In this document: positions 23,800 to 44,972 of the stretch, one piece after another
Position numbering within the stretch: the first letter of the stretch is position 1
Layout of the letters: every line of letters begins with the position of its first letter
NCBI RefSeq assembly: GCF_009914755.1
Contig: NC_060925.1
Source of the DNA: the human T2T-CHM13v2.0 reference genome, Homo sapiens
Reading direction: 5' to 3' (one strand)
DNA length: 64,000 nt
Program-made: the position numbers and the translations under genes
Notes under the pieces: model-generated
What the model saw: only the letters and a program-made list of their open reading frames with translations
Databases searched by the model: none
What the model was told of the DNA's origin: nothing

Positions 23800-24124
23800 A
23801 GGGCTCTGTTTTATGACGTCAGCCAAAAGAGCAGCAACCTGGTCTGAAAACAGGCGCAGGCTAGGGCCCTGCTGAGCCCTCAAGGGGCGGCCCTCTCCCC
23901 TCACTCCGCCTTCACCTATAGAGTGAAACCCAAGAGAAGTAGCCCCATCTCTCAGAAGGCAAAGGACCCATCTTCTGCCTAGAAAATCTCCCATTGCACT
24001 TTATAACATTTTCAACCCCCAGAGAGAAACGTGAACCACACCGGAACATTTAGTCATCCCTCAGAGGTTTATGGGCCCCTTGCCATGAGTAGGGGTTGGG
24101 ACAGATACCGCTCAGATGGGTGTA

Positions 24125-24320
24125 AAGCAGGTTTCTCAGAGATGGGTGCATCAGGACCCTCCTGCTTCAGAATTATCTGAGGGTCTGCTAAGAATGCAGA
24201 GTCCTGGGCCCTACCCCAGACCTCCAAAGTCAGAATCCCTGGAGGATGAACTCTGGGAATCTGCATTTTAAATACTCTCCTCAAGCAATTCTGTAGCAAG
24301 TAGACGTTTGAGAAGTGGTT
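24125..24320. mobile_element. MER5-like DNA transposon fragment
   Basis: cagaattatctgagggtctgctaagaatgcagagtcctggg...ggaatctgcattttaa...tttgagaa. Confidence 0.6.
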
Positions 24321-24894
24321 TCCTGAGAGTCTGGGAAGGAAAGAAACTGGAAACGCTGTAGCTTTGGGTCCTGCGGGTTAAAGACCACAGTAAGACACCC
24401 AAACTACATTTGTCAGCCGGGAATCCCTGGAGTGCAGCTGTGGATTTGTGAAAGGAGAGCTGCACATGGCACGTGGAGGTCTGGGTTTGAATCCTGGCTT
24501 GGCTACTCTGTGATTCTGGACCAGTGACTTAATCTCACGGAGCTCAATTCCTCACATGCCAAATGGGATACTCTAGTCCACCTCCCAGCATCACCATGAG
24601 GACCTAGTGAGCATGCCGCAGCTCCGAATGAACAGCGCGGGCTTGTGCTGCAAGGAGCTCATTCTGCATGATGTGGCTCTAGGCAATGCCATCAATGGGC
24701 TCCTAGTAGCCTCAAGCTGGAGCAGACCCACTTCACTCTGCTGGGGAGCCAAGGGCTGGGGTGGGGTGGCTGGTTAGAGTTCAAAATCAGACTCTGGACC
24801 CATGGGGTGGCCCAGGGTACCCAAAGAGGGTCAGGGGTCAAGCTGTGCCTCACAAGACCCTGAAAAGGAAAGTGTAACCCTAGCAGGATAGCCT

Positions 24895-25100
24895 CGTGGT
24901 TAAGGGCATAGGCTCTAGAGCCAGAGGGCTCAAATCCTGGCTAGTGTACTTGCTAGCTGAGCGACCTTGGGCCACTTACTTCACCTCTCTGTGCCTCAGT
25001 TTTCTTATGTGTAATATGGAGATATAAAAAACATACCCACTTCCCTGACACAGGGGAAAAGTCCTCAAAATATGTCACACAATATTAGCCATTATTGACT
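24895..25100 (+). mobile_element. MIR SINE
   Basis: gtggttaagggcataggctct...gaccttgggccacttacttcacctctctgtgcctcagttt. Confidence 0.75.
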
Positions 25101-25421
25101 ATTAATGGAAGGATTTTATGCATGGGGAGTCTTTTAATAGTTGACTTCATAGTTGTCTGTGTCTGTGCAGGGCTGTGTGCCCTCCACATCCAAGTTTCTG
25201 CCTGGCTGCCCTAATCTGGAGATAATGCTGAAAATGGAGCCAGATGTCCAAGTCTTCCAGCTGGGATTTATCCTCTTGGTAAATTTGCTAGGGTATAAGG
25301 ATAAGGATGAAAGCAACGGCAGCCAGATTAGGAAGTATCTCTATTAGTATCTCTTAAACCAAGGCTGCTTAAGAGAAAGCATAGATGGACATAAAAGGAA
25401 TTTGACACCTGCTCTTCTCTC

Positions 25422-25719
25422 TTTTTTTTTTTTTTTTGAGGCAGAGCCTCACTCTGTTGCCCAGGCTGGAGTGCAGTAGCGCAATCCTGGCTCACTGCAA
25501 CCTTGACATCCCGGGCTCAAGCCATCCTCCCACCCCAGCCTCCTGAGTAGTTACAACTACAGGTGTGCCCCAGCATGCCTGGCTAATTACTTTATTACTT
25601 GTAGAGACGGGATCTCGATATGTTGCTCGGGCTACTCTCTAACTCCTGGGCTCAAGGAATCCTCCTGCCTCGGCCTCCCACAGTGCTGGGATTACAGGTG
25701 TGAGCCACTGCACACGGCC
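25422..25719 (-). mobile_element. Alu (AluJ-like)
   Basis: Antisense dimer; TSD tgctcttctct. Confidence 0.9.
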
Positions 25720-25749
25720 TGCTCTTCTCTTCCATTTCCTTTAGGTTCA

Positions 25750-26361
<612 letters not shown>

Positions 26362-27568
26362 CATTTCCTTTAGGTTCAACTTCCATGTGGACTGGGGGGC
26401 AGGGCTTGGGTAAGAGATGGGTGCAGGCAGTCTGTGAATTAAGGGATCTTTGCACGCTGAGAAACTGGGAAGGAATGGGATTCTCTGCCAGCTATGCTCT
26501 TCTCCATGAATCTGCTAAAAGGCAAGGAACCATCTCTAATCCTCTGAGAGGAAAGGAGATAGATTGGGGTTGGGCCCTGCTTCAGTCACTCCCCTGCTCC
26601 TGTCTCCTCCCCTCCTGCCCAATTTTCTTTTGGACAGATGCAGGCAAGAAGACTTGGAAGGTTCCCAGGAGGGAGTGGAAGTGTCAGGACAAATGTGTTA
26701 CTTGGGCTCCCAGCCCCATTTTCTCCAAGATTCCTGACGGGATGTGAGAAAAAGCCCTCCTCTTGCCCCTCTCCTGAGGCCAACCAGCCGTCCCGAGAGC
26801 CCCTGTTCCTCCAGCTAGACCTCTGGGGGTTGGTCGGTAACCATCCTTGGTTTGGAAGATGCAGCTCTGTCTGAAGGATGCTGCTAAGTCGAGGGCCCCC
26901 CCCAGTGGGGAACAAGCACTGCAGCATGTCTGGCAGAACACCCCGGAAAGAGTGATGCCCAGAAAGGAGACACCGCCATGAAGAGAGGACTGTGGCCAAC
27001 TCGGACTCTCGTAACCCAGCCATCTCACAGAAGGTGGAGGAAGCCAACAAGGGCTTGTGGTCATTCAGCTGCATTTGCCAGCACTCGGCACGCCCCCTGA
27101 GTCAAGGCGGGGGCCATCCCAGGTGGCAAAGGGACAAGAAGACAAGGTCCACACCCACCAGGAATCCAGGCCAGTGGGAAACAGTTGGCTACATGGGCAC
27201 AAAGGAAGAGCCGCTGATTCTATCTGGAAGGGGGTGACACACAAGCTGCACAGTGGAAGCTGGGTCGCATTTCTGCAGGACAGGGGAGAACAACCAAGGG
27301 GCCATGTTCAGAAACCACCGATCCTGCTGTGCTGGGGGAGGTTGGGAAATGATAGGGGAGGAGGATGGAAATGCATTGAAGACACTGAGCTTGGTCCTGT
27401 GCACCATGTGGGGGAGGGCAGCATCCATTATTTTTTTGGCTGATTATTAGAATTGATATGCTTATCATAAAAAAAATTGAGGGAGAAACAGAAATAGGAT
27501 AAAGATTAAAATCACTCATATGCCAACTACCTATAAACAACCACTGCTAGTTAATATTTTAATGCTTT

Positions 27569-28135
<567 letters not shown>

Positions 28136-28658
28136 ATTCCCTCTCTATAATCTTTTGCTTTATTTATAAACAGTGCTGCAATAAATAACTTGGTACATAC
28201 GTCATGTTTTACATGTACAACTCTGTATGCAGGATAACTTCCTGGAAGTGAAATTGCAGGTCAAAGGGCAGGTGCAGTTATCATTTTGGTGGATATCACC
28301 AAATAGCTCTCCATAGAAGTGATGTTAATTGCTTTAAAATGTCCTTCTTTTGCTGTAAATGAGGGACATAATAAAGTCTGAATTTAGAGCTGGTAAGGCT
28401 GGATTAGGGGAGGGTTGGCAGGGACCAGCTAGGAGGCTGCTACAATCGTACAGGAGAAACCGCCTGGAACTGAACTACGGGCCAGAACCACTGGACTAAG
28501 GCAGTAGAAGAAGCTGGAGCCCTGAATTCAAGGAACATGCCAGACTTAGAACTGACAGGACACAGACATGATTGGCATTTGGAGGTGAGGAAGCAAAGGT
28601 CTCTGACAGGGACGAGTGGGAAGCTGCATCTGAAGTCAGAAACAAAAGCAGCCCAACA

Positions 28659-28960
28659 AGCTGGGCGTGGTGGCTCACACCTGTAATCCCAGCACTTTGG
28701 GTGGCTAAGGCAGGAGGATCGCTTGGGCCCAGGAGTTCAAGACCAGCCTGGGCAAAAAAGGCGACACTCCGTCTCTATAAAAAATACAAAATTTAGCCAG
28801 GTGTGGTGGTGCGGTGCCTGTGGTTCCAGCCACACAGGAGACTGAGGCTGGAGGATCACCTGAGCCAGGGAGGTCGAGGGTGTAGTAAGCAGTGGTCACG
28901 CCACTGCACCCCAGCCCAGGCAACACAGCAAAACACTATCTCAAAAAAAAAAAAAAAAAA
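28659..28960 (+). mobile_element. Alu (AluJ-like)
   Basis: Dimer with A-tail; TSD-like agcccaaca. Confidence 0.9.
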
Positions 28961-29073
28961 GAGCCCAACAGAGAAGGAAGGAGCCTCTCAGATTTCAGGA
29001 GCCTCTGTTTCACAGAGGGAGAGATATTAATTATGATGATGAAGCTCTCAATTTGTTTCATTCTCCTATGTTA

Positions 29074-29698
<625 letters not shown>

Positions 29699-29997
29699 TC
29701 AGATAGATTGGAGAGGTGTTACATCCCTAAACAAGGACAGGATGCTATGAAAAGGAGTAATCAGAGAATAAGTGTGAACTACTGGAAATTAAAGATAGGA
29801 TCACAGAAATAAAAAAGTCATTAGAAGGTGTTGGAAGGTAAGAGAATTAGTTTTATATCTAAATGATAGTATATCTAGATCCTAAAAATTTCCTTAGAGG
29901 TAAAAAAAGAAAAAAAGAAAGGTTACCTAAAAATTTCCTTAGAGGTAACAAAAGAAAGAAAAAAGAAAGAGTACCTCTAAAAATATAGGCATCAGAC

Positions 29998-30288
<291 letters not shown>

Positions 30289-30563
30289 TATATATATATA
30301 TATTTATATGTATATGTATATATATTTATATGTGTATATATTTGCATATATATTTGTATATATATGCATATATATTTGCATATATATGTGTATATATATA
30401 TTTGCATATATATGTGTATATATATTTGCATATATATATTTGTATATATATTTGCATATATATTTGTATATATATTTGCATATATATTTGTATATATATA
30501 TTTGCATATATATTTGTATATATATATTTCCATATATATATATACATACACATATATATATGC
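30289..30563. repeat. AT-rich minisatellite (TATATATTTG[C/T]A)n derived from the Alu tail
   Basis: Direct reading; ~12/24-26-bp periodicity. Confidence 0.92.
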
Positions 30564-31377
30564 ATCAGACTGGTCTCAAAGTTCTCACCAGCAAAGGCTA
30601 GAACTATGCCTTCAATATTCAATGACCAAAGCAATTTTCAATCAAGAATTCTATATCTGTCCAAATTGCCATTCAAGTGTGAGGGTGGAGCAATGATACT
30701 TTCAGACATGAGGGACTCAGAAAACCTACATACCACACACTCCTTGAGAAATTAAAGATGTGGTACAGCAAAATGAGAGCATAAACAAAGAAGAAACAAG
30801 CAGAAGAAAGGAAGAGAAGGAGGGAGGGAGAGAGGGCTGCCAGGCCCAGGGCATCAGTGAAAGGAAGAAGCCCCAGGCCAACACCTATGTGGCGGAAGGG
30901 CAGAGGGCTCTGTGTAACAGGTCCTGAGAAATAAGGCACCTCTACTCATTTGCTGGAAAGGTGAGAGCAGACTTGAGGAAATGACAAGGGTATTATTAAA
31001 GAATAAGCCTGGCATGGTGGCACATGTCTGTAATCCCAGCTACTTAGAAAGATGGCTTGAGTCCAGCCTGGGTGACACGGTGAGACCCTGTCTAAGAAAG
31101 AGAGAGACAGAGAGAGAGAAAAAAGAGAAGGGAAACGAGAAGAAGAAAGGCAATTAGAAACTCTTATGAAAAACTAGAAGAAATAAAAGAAGAAAATTCA
31201 TCATAGGACATTGTGTGGCTCTGTAATAAACAATATTTACATTGTCACAAAATGTAAACACTATTTATTGGATTTAAACATTTAGAAACCTATAAGCAAA
31301 GCACAGAAGATTAGAACATAATCTAATGAGAAAATTGGAACATAAATGTTGTCAACATTGAACATTTAAAGTAAATG

Positions 31378-31692
31378 TGCCAGGCGTGGTGGCTCATTCC
31401 TGTAATCCCAGCACTTTGGGAGGCCTAGGTGGGTGGATCGCTTGAGGTTAGGAGTTCGAGACCAGCTTGGCCAACATGGCCAAACCCTATCTCTACTAAA
31501 AATACAAAAATTACCTGGGTGTGATCGTGCATTCTTGTAATCCCAGCTAGTTGGGAGACTAAGGCAGAAGGATCACTTGAACCTAAGAGGCGGAGGTTTG
31601 TCGTGAGCCAAGACCATGCCATAGCACTCCAGCCTGGGTGCACTCCAGCCTGGGTGACAGAGCAAGACTCTGTCTCAAAAAAAAAAAAAAAA
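31378..31692 (+). mobile_element. Alu with an internal duplication of gcactccagcctgggt
   Basis: Dimer; duplicated segment at ~31624-31656. Confidence 0.9.
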
Positions 31693-32000
31693 GTAAATGT
31701 TCAGAAGACAGAAGTTGGGAAGGGCAGCCTAAAGGGAAAGGTAGGAGTGATGATATCTTTATCCTATAAACAGTGAGTCAAAACTACTATCAACAGCTAG
31801 TGGGATGAAAAATAAAGATGTAGTCACTTAAAGCAACAGAGGTAATTGACAGATTTATTTTTATTTTATTTAGAGGAATTAAATAAGAACAGTTATATAA
31901 CTGTACTGACAGTAGGGTGGGGGGACGGTTGTTTGGATTAGATATGTAAACTAAATCCTCATTTTTGATAAATTATTATTATTATCATTGTTTTGTGTGT

Positions 32001-32255
32001 GTGAGATAGGGTCTGGCTTTGTCACCCAGGCTGCAACCTCCGCCTCCCAGGTCCAAGCAATTCTCCTGTCTCAGCCTCCCAAGTAGCTGGGATTACAGGC
32101 ATGTGCCATCACACCCAGCTAATTTTTTGTATTTTAGTACAGATAGGGTTTCACCATGTTCCTCTGGCTGGTCTTGAACTCCTGAGCTCAAGCAATCCGC
32201 CTGTCTCACCCTCCCAAAGTGCTAGGATTACAGGCGTGAGCCACCGTGCCCCACC
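32001..32255 (-). mobile_element. Alu with a short internal deletion
   Basis: cccaggctg is joined directly to caacctccgcc. Confidence 0.85.
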
Positions 32256-32639
32256 TCATTTTTGATAGTTATAAATTAATAGAGGATGTTTAAACTTGAA
32301 AAGCCAAGGAACAGTGGCATTAGCATATTATTTAGAGATATGGAAGTTACTCCCAGAATAAAGAGCTAAAAGAGTTAGAAGCAGTTGCCTCTGGGGAGCA
32401 AGACTAGGGGTGGGAGGGATGAGGTAGGGGACTGTAAGCTCTTCTGTTCTAGTTTATTTTTAACCATGTGCATGAATTACTTTGATACAAAACATTTTAA
32501 GTGTGTCACAAGACAGATGAGAAGGTGGAGGGCAGACCTTTTGTGGCCATAGATGAGTTCTGGGGGCCTGATTCAGGTAGGACACCAGAGTCATGAAATC
32601 CCTTGCAGGTAGGACTGAAAAACAACCTAGATACTTGAG

Positions 32640-32780
32640 GACAGTGGAGATGGGAAAATGTTCCGATTTTTACAAGGAGACAGAAGGTATTTCTGGAAAT
32701 TATAGACCAAACGGCTCAATATAGAATCCTGGCAACATTCTGGCACAGATTATTAAACAGATGGCTTGGGAGTGCTTTGT
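32640..32780 (+). mobile_element. CR1/L3 LINE RT fragment
   Basis: Degenerate VPIF.K..GNYRP..PG.IL.QIIK coding pattern; more CR1-like pieces at ~34860 and ~35290. Confidence 0.55.
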
Positions 32781-32899
32781 GACTTTTTATTTATTTATTT
32801 ATATGCCACCTCATTCCAAAAAGAGGAATCTGTAGTGGCTTACAGAGATACATACTATACTATAAGACAAAAACATTTCTTTAAATGAGGAAAGGGTCT

Positions 32900-33470
32900 C
32901 AAAAAGTTAAACACAGAGTTACTATCTGACACAGCAAACCACCCTTCTAATATGTACCCAAGAGAACTAAAACATATTCACATAAAAACTTGTGCATGAA
33001 TATTCTCAGCAGCATAATTCATAATAGCCAAAAAGTAGAAACCCAAATGTCCAACAGCTGATGAATGTATAAACAAAATGTGGTATGTCCATACAATAGA
33101 ATACTATTCAGCCATAAAAAAGGAATAAACTACTGATACCATGGATGAACCTTGAAAACATTATGCTAAGTACAGGAAACCAGACACAGAAAGCCACATA
33201 TTGTATGATTCCATTTATATGAAATATCTAGATATGAAATATCTAGAACAGGCAAATCCATAAAGACAGAAAGTAAGTCGAGGGGAAGAGAGAGTGAGAA
33301 GTGACTGCTAATGGGTGTGGAGTTTATTTTTGGGGTGATGGAAATGGTCTGGAATTAGTAGTGATGGTCACACAATCTTGTAAATACACTAAAAACCACT
33401 GGATTGTACACTTTAAAAGGGCGAATATTATGATATGTGAATTATCTCAATTAAAAAGCTTTATTATAGA
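32900..33470 (+). mobile_element. L1MB-like 3' end
   Basis: cagcataattcataatagccaaaaagtagaaac...gaaaacattatgctaagt...tatctcaattaaaa. Confidence 0.8.
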
Positions 33471-33490
33471 AAAAGTTAGGGAAAGGAGGG

Positions 33491-33870
33491 TGTATTCATA
33501 CATTCTCACACTGATATAAAGACATACTTGAGACTGGGTAATTTATAAAGAAAAGAGGTTTAATTGACTCATAGTTCTGTGGGCTATACAGGCTTCTGCT
33601 TCTGGAGAGGCCTCAGAAAACTTACAATCATGGCGGAAGGCGAAGGGGAAGCAGGCACATCTTCACATGGCCAGCAGGAAAAAGAGAGCAAAGGAGGAGG
33701 TGCTACGCACTTTCAAACGACCAGATCTCATAAAAACTCATTATTGAGAGAACAGCAAGGGGGATGTCTGCCCCCATGATCCAATCACCTCCCACCAGGC
33801 CCCTCCTCCAACATTGAGAATTATAATTTGACATGAGATTTGGGTAGGGACACAGACCTAAACCATATCA
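33491..33870 (-). mobile_element. MaLR solo LTR (MSTA/THE1-like)
   Basis: TG...CA termini; perfect 5-bp TSD GAGGG at 33486-33490 and 33871-33875; gagactgggtaatttataaagaaaagaggtttaattgactca. Confidence 0.88.
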
Positions 33871-35449
33871 GAGGGTGAAGAGAAAAAGACAAAAAATAAT
33901 GCAGAACCAAGTCAATATGTAACACACACACCACAAAATTCTTTGTAGGTGATAAAGATGCACCATGACTTTGATCTTGAGCTTTGCAGCAGCTACTACA
34001 AACCTGGAAAATAGTGTTAATTAAATGATTCCTGGAATCCGTAAGACAAACATGAACTGGTTGCTCAGGAGGATCATGGCCTTTTTTTGGTGCTGATGCC
34101 CAATAGGCATCTCTCTGGTGTGTCTTCATAAAGAGGATCCATTGACAACAACATCTCCCCATATCTCCGGTGACAAGAGTCGCACAGTTATATCCCAGGT
34201 TCAGTCAAATTGGACACAAAGCCCAAGTATAATTCAATAAAGGCACTTTAGTGCAGGGCCTAAATGGTACAGGATATGCAGGCAGTTCTTCAGTGGTAAA
34301 ATGTGGATTTTCTGGAGCAGTGGTTTCCAACCCTAGCTGCACATTAGGAAGTCCTGGGAACTTTTGCAAAATACCAACACAGGACTCCACCAACCAGAGA
34401 TTCTGATTTTTTCTATGTTTCCAGGGGATTTTAATATATAGCCAAATCTGAGAACTGATGAGATCGATAAATTGTACATTTTTCATGAAATCCTCTATAA
34501 ATACTATTTCTTGCCTCAGAGTTTCATCAACTCAAGGTTATAATACTTAAACACATTTTTGCGTAGCTAATATTTTCTGAATGCCAGCTATGTACCAGGC
34601 AGGTGCTGTGCTCTAAGATATAAGGATAATTGTGTGACCCAATCTCTATCTTCAAGGAGCTGATCCAGTATTGATTCGGGTTACAGACACCTCAGCTGCT
34701 TGTCACAAAGGAAGGTGGTGAGGGGATGCAGAGAACACAAGGCAGGCACTCGGGGCAGCTCTGGGTGGGTGGAGCACTCCCAGCAGAATGAACAACTTAG
34801 CTGAGTCCCAGAGGAAAGATTAATTAGGAAAAAGTGGAGTGGGAGAGTGGTACATTGTGGTCAATATTTTTCTCAATAACTTGGATGACTATTAGTAACC
34901 ATTCTATATGAATGTGAGGTGCCATGCTTACTCAAGAACAGCTGGAGGAATAGCCCCTTGCTACATGACTGAATGGGGGACCAAAGTGCACTGGTGGGCA
35001 AGAGGAACTCAAACCAAGATTAATTGACACTCCAGATCAGGGGAAGGCAACTAAGAAGCATGAGCAGTGCTGCCCTGAGTGTTCTACCAGAGGCTTTGCA
35101 TGTGTTATCATGTAATCCTACATCGACATTTTACAGTTGAAGAAAATCAGCCTTATAATGTCAAGGTAGCTGCCTTGAGTTGGCACAGCCAAGTGTGTAG
35201 CCAGAACTCAAGTCTAAGCCTGTCTCACTCCACGGTCCAGGTTCTTTCTGTTATTCCACATGTATCAAGTCCTGTATCAATTCTTTAGATTCAAAGAATC
35301 AGCTGCTCATAGACAAGATAGGCAGGCTTGGTTCAGCTGCATTTTCTGTGGGGGAAAATGTTAACAGCTATCAGCTTATGCACTAGTCTTAGATGTGTGT
35401 ATTGGAGTTGAATGTGAGAGGCAGACATTCTCATGGGAAGGATCCAGAC

Positions 35450-35616
35450 TTTGGAGTCAGGCAACGCAGGCTCAAAACTCAGCTTTGCTACTTATGCTGT
35501 GTGACTTTAGGCAAGTTACTCTGCCTTCCTGAGCCTCAGTTTTCTTATCCATAAAATAGGGATAATAATGTCTACCTCACAGGACCATTGTGAAGATTAA
35601 AGTTAATGTATATGCA
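35450..35616 (+). mobile_element. MIR SINE (target of the L1MA insertion)
   Basis: tttggagtcag...tgtgtgactttaggcaagttac...cctcagttttcttatccataaaataggg. Confidence 0.8.
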
Positions 35617-39939
<4,323 letters not shown>

Positions 39940-39952
39940 TAATGTATGTGCA

Positions 39953-40725
39953 GACAAGAAAAAGGTATTTACAATACATGTAACTGACAAAGAACTCATA
40001 TCCAGCATATATCAAGAACTCCTAAATAAATTTCAGAGATAGACAACCCAATTTTAAAAGTAAGCTGAAGACTCAAAGGGGTATTTCAAAAAAGAGGATG
40101 TGCAAATTGCCAATAAGCATATGATGAGATACTGAACCTTATTTGTCATGAGGGAAATGCAAATGAAAACCTTTGAGATACTAGTACCCCTACAGGGGAG
40201 GGGAGGGGAGGGGAGGACTGACAATGCCAAGTGTTGACAAGGATGAGGAACTAAAACTCTAGTAGGAGTGTACACTGGACCAACAACTTTGAAAAACTGT
40301 CTTGCAGCATCTGCTAAAACCAAACCTATCTGTGACATAGCAATTTCACTTCTGGACATAAACTGAATAGAATGGGAGCTTCTGTCCACCAAAAAATAAG
40401 CATACAAATGTTTAGAGTAGCTTTATTGTAGCTGCAAACTGAAAACAATCTGAATGTCCATCAATAGTAGATGAGAAAAATATATTGTGGTATATCCATG
40501 TAATGGAATACTACATAGCAATGAAAATAATGAACTGCTGCTCTCACATACATAATGTGGAGCAAGTACACTACTGTTTCTGGCATGGGTGCTGGAAATG
40601 TTCTATATCTTGATGTGGATGGTGGTCACATAGATGTGTACACGTATAAAAATCATCAAGCTATTTAAGACTTGTGCACTTTAATATATGTAAGTTTAAC
40701 CTCAATCAAAACAGTAAACTAAAAA
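39953..40725 (+). mobile_element. Older L1ME-like 3' fragment
   Basis: Diverged ORF2 end and 3'UTR (aatgtccatcaatagtaga...gtggtatatccatgtaatggaatact). Confidence 0.7.
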
Positions 40726-41069
40726 ATACTATATGTTATGTGCTTGGCATGGAGTGGGCACTGAATAAATAGTTGTCAGAATTTCTAGAGAAGAGGAGGC
40801 AGCAAGCCCATTGCACTGCGCACTGCTCAGACCACCAGGAGCCCTCGGTGCAGTGCTGGGAGCCACCCTTTTTGAGAGGGTCGCTGACCATGACAGCATG
40901 GCATGACGGTGTGATAAGAATAGCAAGGGAGTACTTGGTAAATGAGAGATGGCTGAAGGAAGCAGAGACAATGATGTCAGGAATAAGACTTCGAAAGAAC
41001 ATAGAGTGTATTCCAATAGTGAATGGCTCTCTGTAGAATGGGAATTAGACTTTTGCTTTGTGGCTCTAA

Positions 41070-41658
<589 letters not shown>

Positions 41659-41879
41659 TTACATACTGTCTACATTTTCTCACAGTAAGGGAGTTCTTAT
41701 TCACCCCATTTAAAAAACGAGGAAACCGAGGGTCAGTTTCTCACTGATTTCACAGCCTGGGCTAGATCCACTGATTCCTGAGCCTAGGCGTGCTCAAGCT
41801 GAGGCCAGGTGGCTACCTGCAGGGATGCTGGATGCTGTAAGTGGAATCCCATTTCTGAGTGGGAGGTTGCACTAATTTC

Positions 41880-42335
<456 letters not shown>

Positions 42336-43310
42336 GGTTGCACTAATTTCAGAGAGTCCTTCCAACTGTCCGTTAAACTAGTTTCAACTAGCACTTTTAA
42401 GCACTAGCACCTAGTAAGCACCAACTAAATGCCAGATGCTAGGCAACACCTCTCCAGGGTGTTTATGGCAACTGGTCTAACTCTAAGATGCTTCCGGGTC
42501 ATCTCACCTCCTCCTGTCCCTCCCTTTCTTGGCACTTGTGTGACCACTCCCCTTACCCTCCAGGCAGGCTAGCACTAAGTAGCTCAACCGGATATTTGGT
42601 AAAGGAGGCTCTTTGTACACACACCCGCCTCTGCTGTATTTGCATTCATGTGCCTTAGGATGGCTGGGCCATCCAGGTATAGTCCTTGGCACCAAACTAT
42701 CTGCCATCCGCCCCATGCCAACCTCAGACAGAGCCTTCCAATCCACCGCCACACTCTGGCCAGCAAAACAACCACACAGGGAGTGACAAGACAAAATCTG
42801 GAGATAGGGGAGGGGTGGCTTCATGACCCAGAATGGCCAGACTAACTGCAGGATGTGCTTAATGACCTTGAGCTGGAGACTTCACTCTACTGCTCCTGCC
42901 TGGCCTCTGCAGAATCTGGAAGCAGAGATCAGAAGGCCCTGGGGACAGAGGGCAGCCCCAGGTCACTAAGAGGATCCTGCTAAGCATGAAATCAAGCCCA
43001 AGTCCCAGTGACTCCCCACTAGGCTGGTGAGAATCAGGCCTCTTCTCTTTATATCTCATTTAAATATTTAAGGTTTTCAGTTCTAACAGAAACAGTAACA
43101 AAAACAAAATACACAACATGGGTTTATACACTAAGGAATTTCTGCAGCTGTAATGCATGTAAAAGGATAGTGGTAAGGGTATCTAACTCTTATTTCATTG
43201 TTCGTTTACTTTCTTCTGTGTGTTTCCATGACATAGATTACCTACAGATGGTCCAAGATCTGCAGGTGATTTATTGCTTCTCAACTTCCAGGTATAAAGC
43301 ATAGGAGTTC

Positions 43311-43976
<666 letters not shown>

Positions 43977-44972
43977 TCAGAAATCCAGGCACCCAGTGAT
44001 GAACCAATCCTGTGGTCCTTGCCTTGGAAGGGCGGCACTAAACAGAATCAGCACTAGGATAGTTTGGGAGCCCCAAGGAGGGAGCCTAGGAAGGTCAGAA
44101 AAAGGCTTCTGGAGAGCCAACCCTTGAGGCAATTAATAGATTTCAGGCTCCAAGAGCTTGAGAACCCTTTACTCCCACAGATCCTTTATTCCAATTAATG
44201 TAACCTTTCCATATTTGGGAGTCTCAGATCACTTTCCTTGGCTTGTGACGGTGGGGGATAATTCCCTTCTAATTTATAAGGGGGGAAATCAGAGAGTAGT
44301 TAAAGAAGGATCCAAGGTTTTGCCCTTCAAATTTAAGAATAACCACAAGGTGCCCAACTAAGAACAGACATGTGAATACACAGCACAAAGGAAAGACTGG
44401 ATAGCGTCTGCCCTTGGGGAACTTGTAAGTGGGAGATAAGACATGTAAATGTAAAGCCAAAAGTAATTGTATAATTTTTGTGCAAACAATTCACCTCACC
44501 AGCTATTTGTCCAGGACTTGCTATCTGCAAGGCATTCTTTTATGTGAGGCACATGAGAAGGGGTGGAGTTAGAACACAGGTAAATATACTCCCAGCCCTT
44601 AGGAACTCATGATTTAACTGGCTCCCGTAAGGGGCTGGAGGAACAGTCCGTGGAATGTAATACCTGGCCTTGTGAAGATAGGGTAGCAGTACAGGAGTGG
44701 ATGAGAGTCTTGCTGGAAATAAGAATTTAATAGAATTAATTCATCTGGGAAAGATGCCTAGAGGAGGTGGACAGTGTGTGATGCTGGAAAACAGAAGGGA
44801 CAGAGAAAGGGATGAAGAAAGCAAAAATAAGCAAAACGTTTTCACATATAGACTTGGCTTTCAGACCCCACTCAAAAGTCACCTCTTCCATGAAGCCTTC
44901 CCAGGCAGAATTAGACACTTAGCTCTCCAGGCCCTCAAACCACCCCATTACAGAACGTACCTCACTGCTGCA

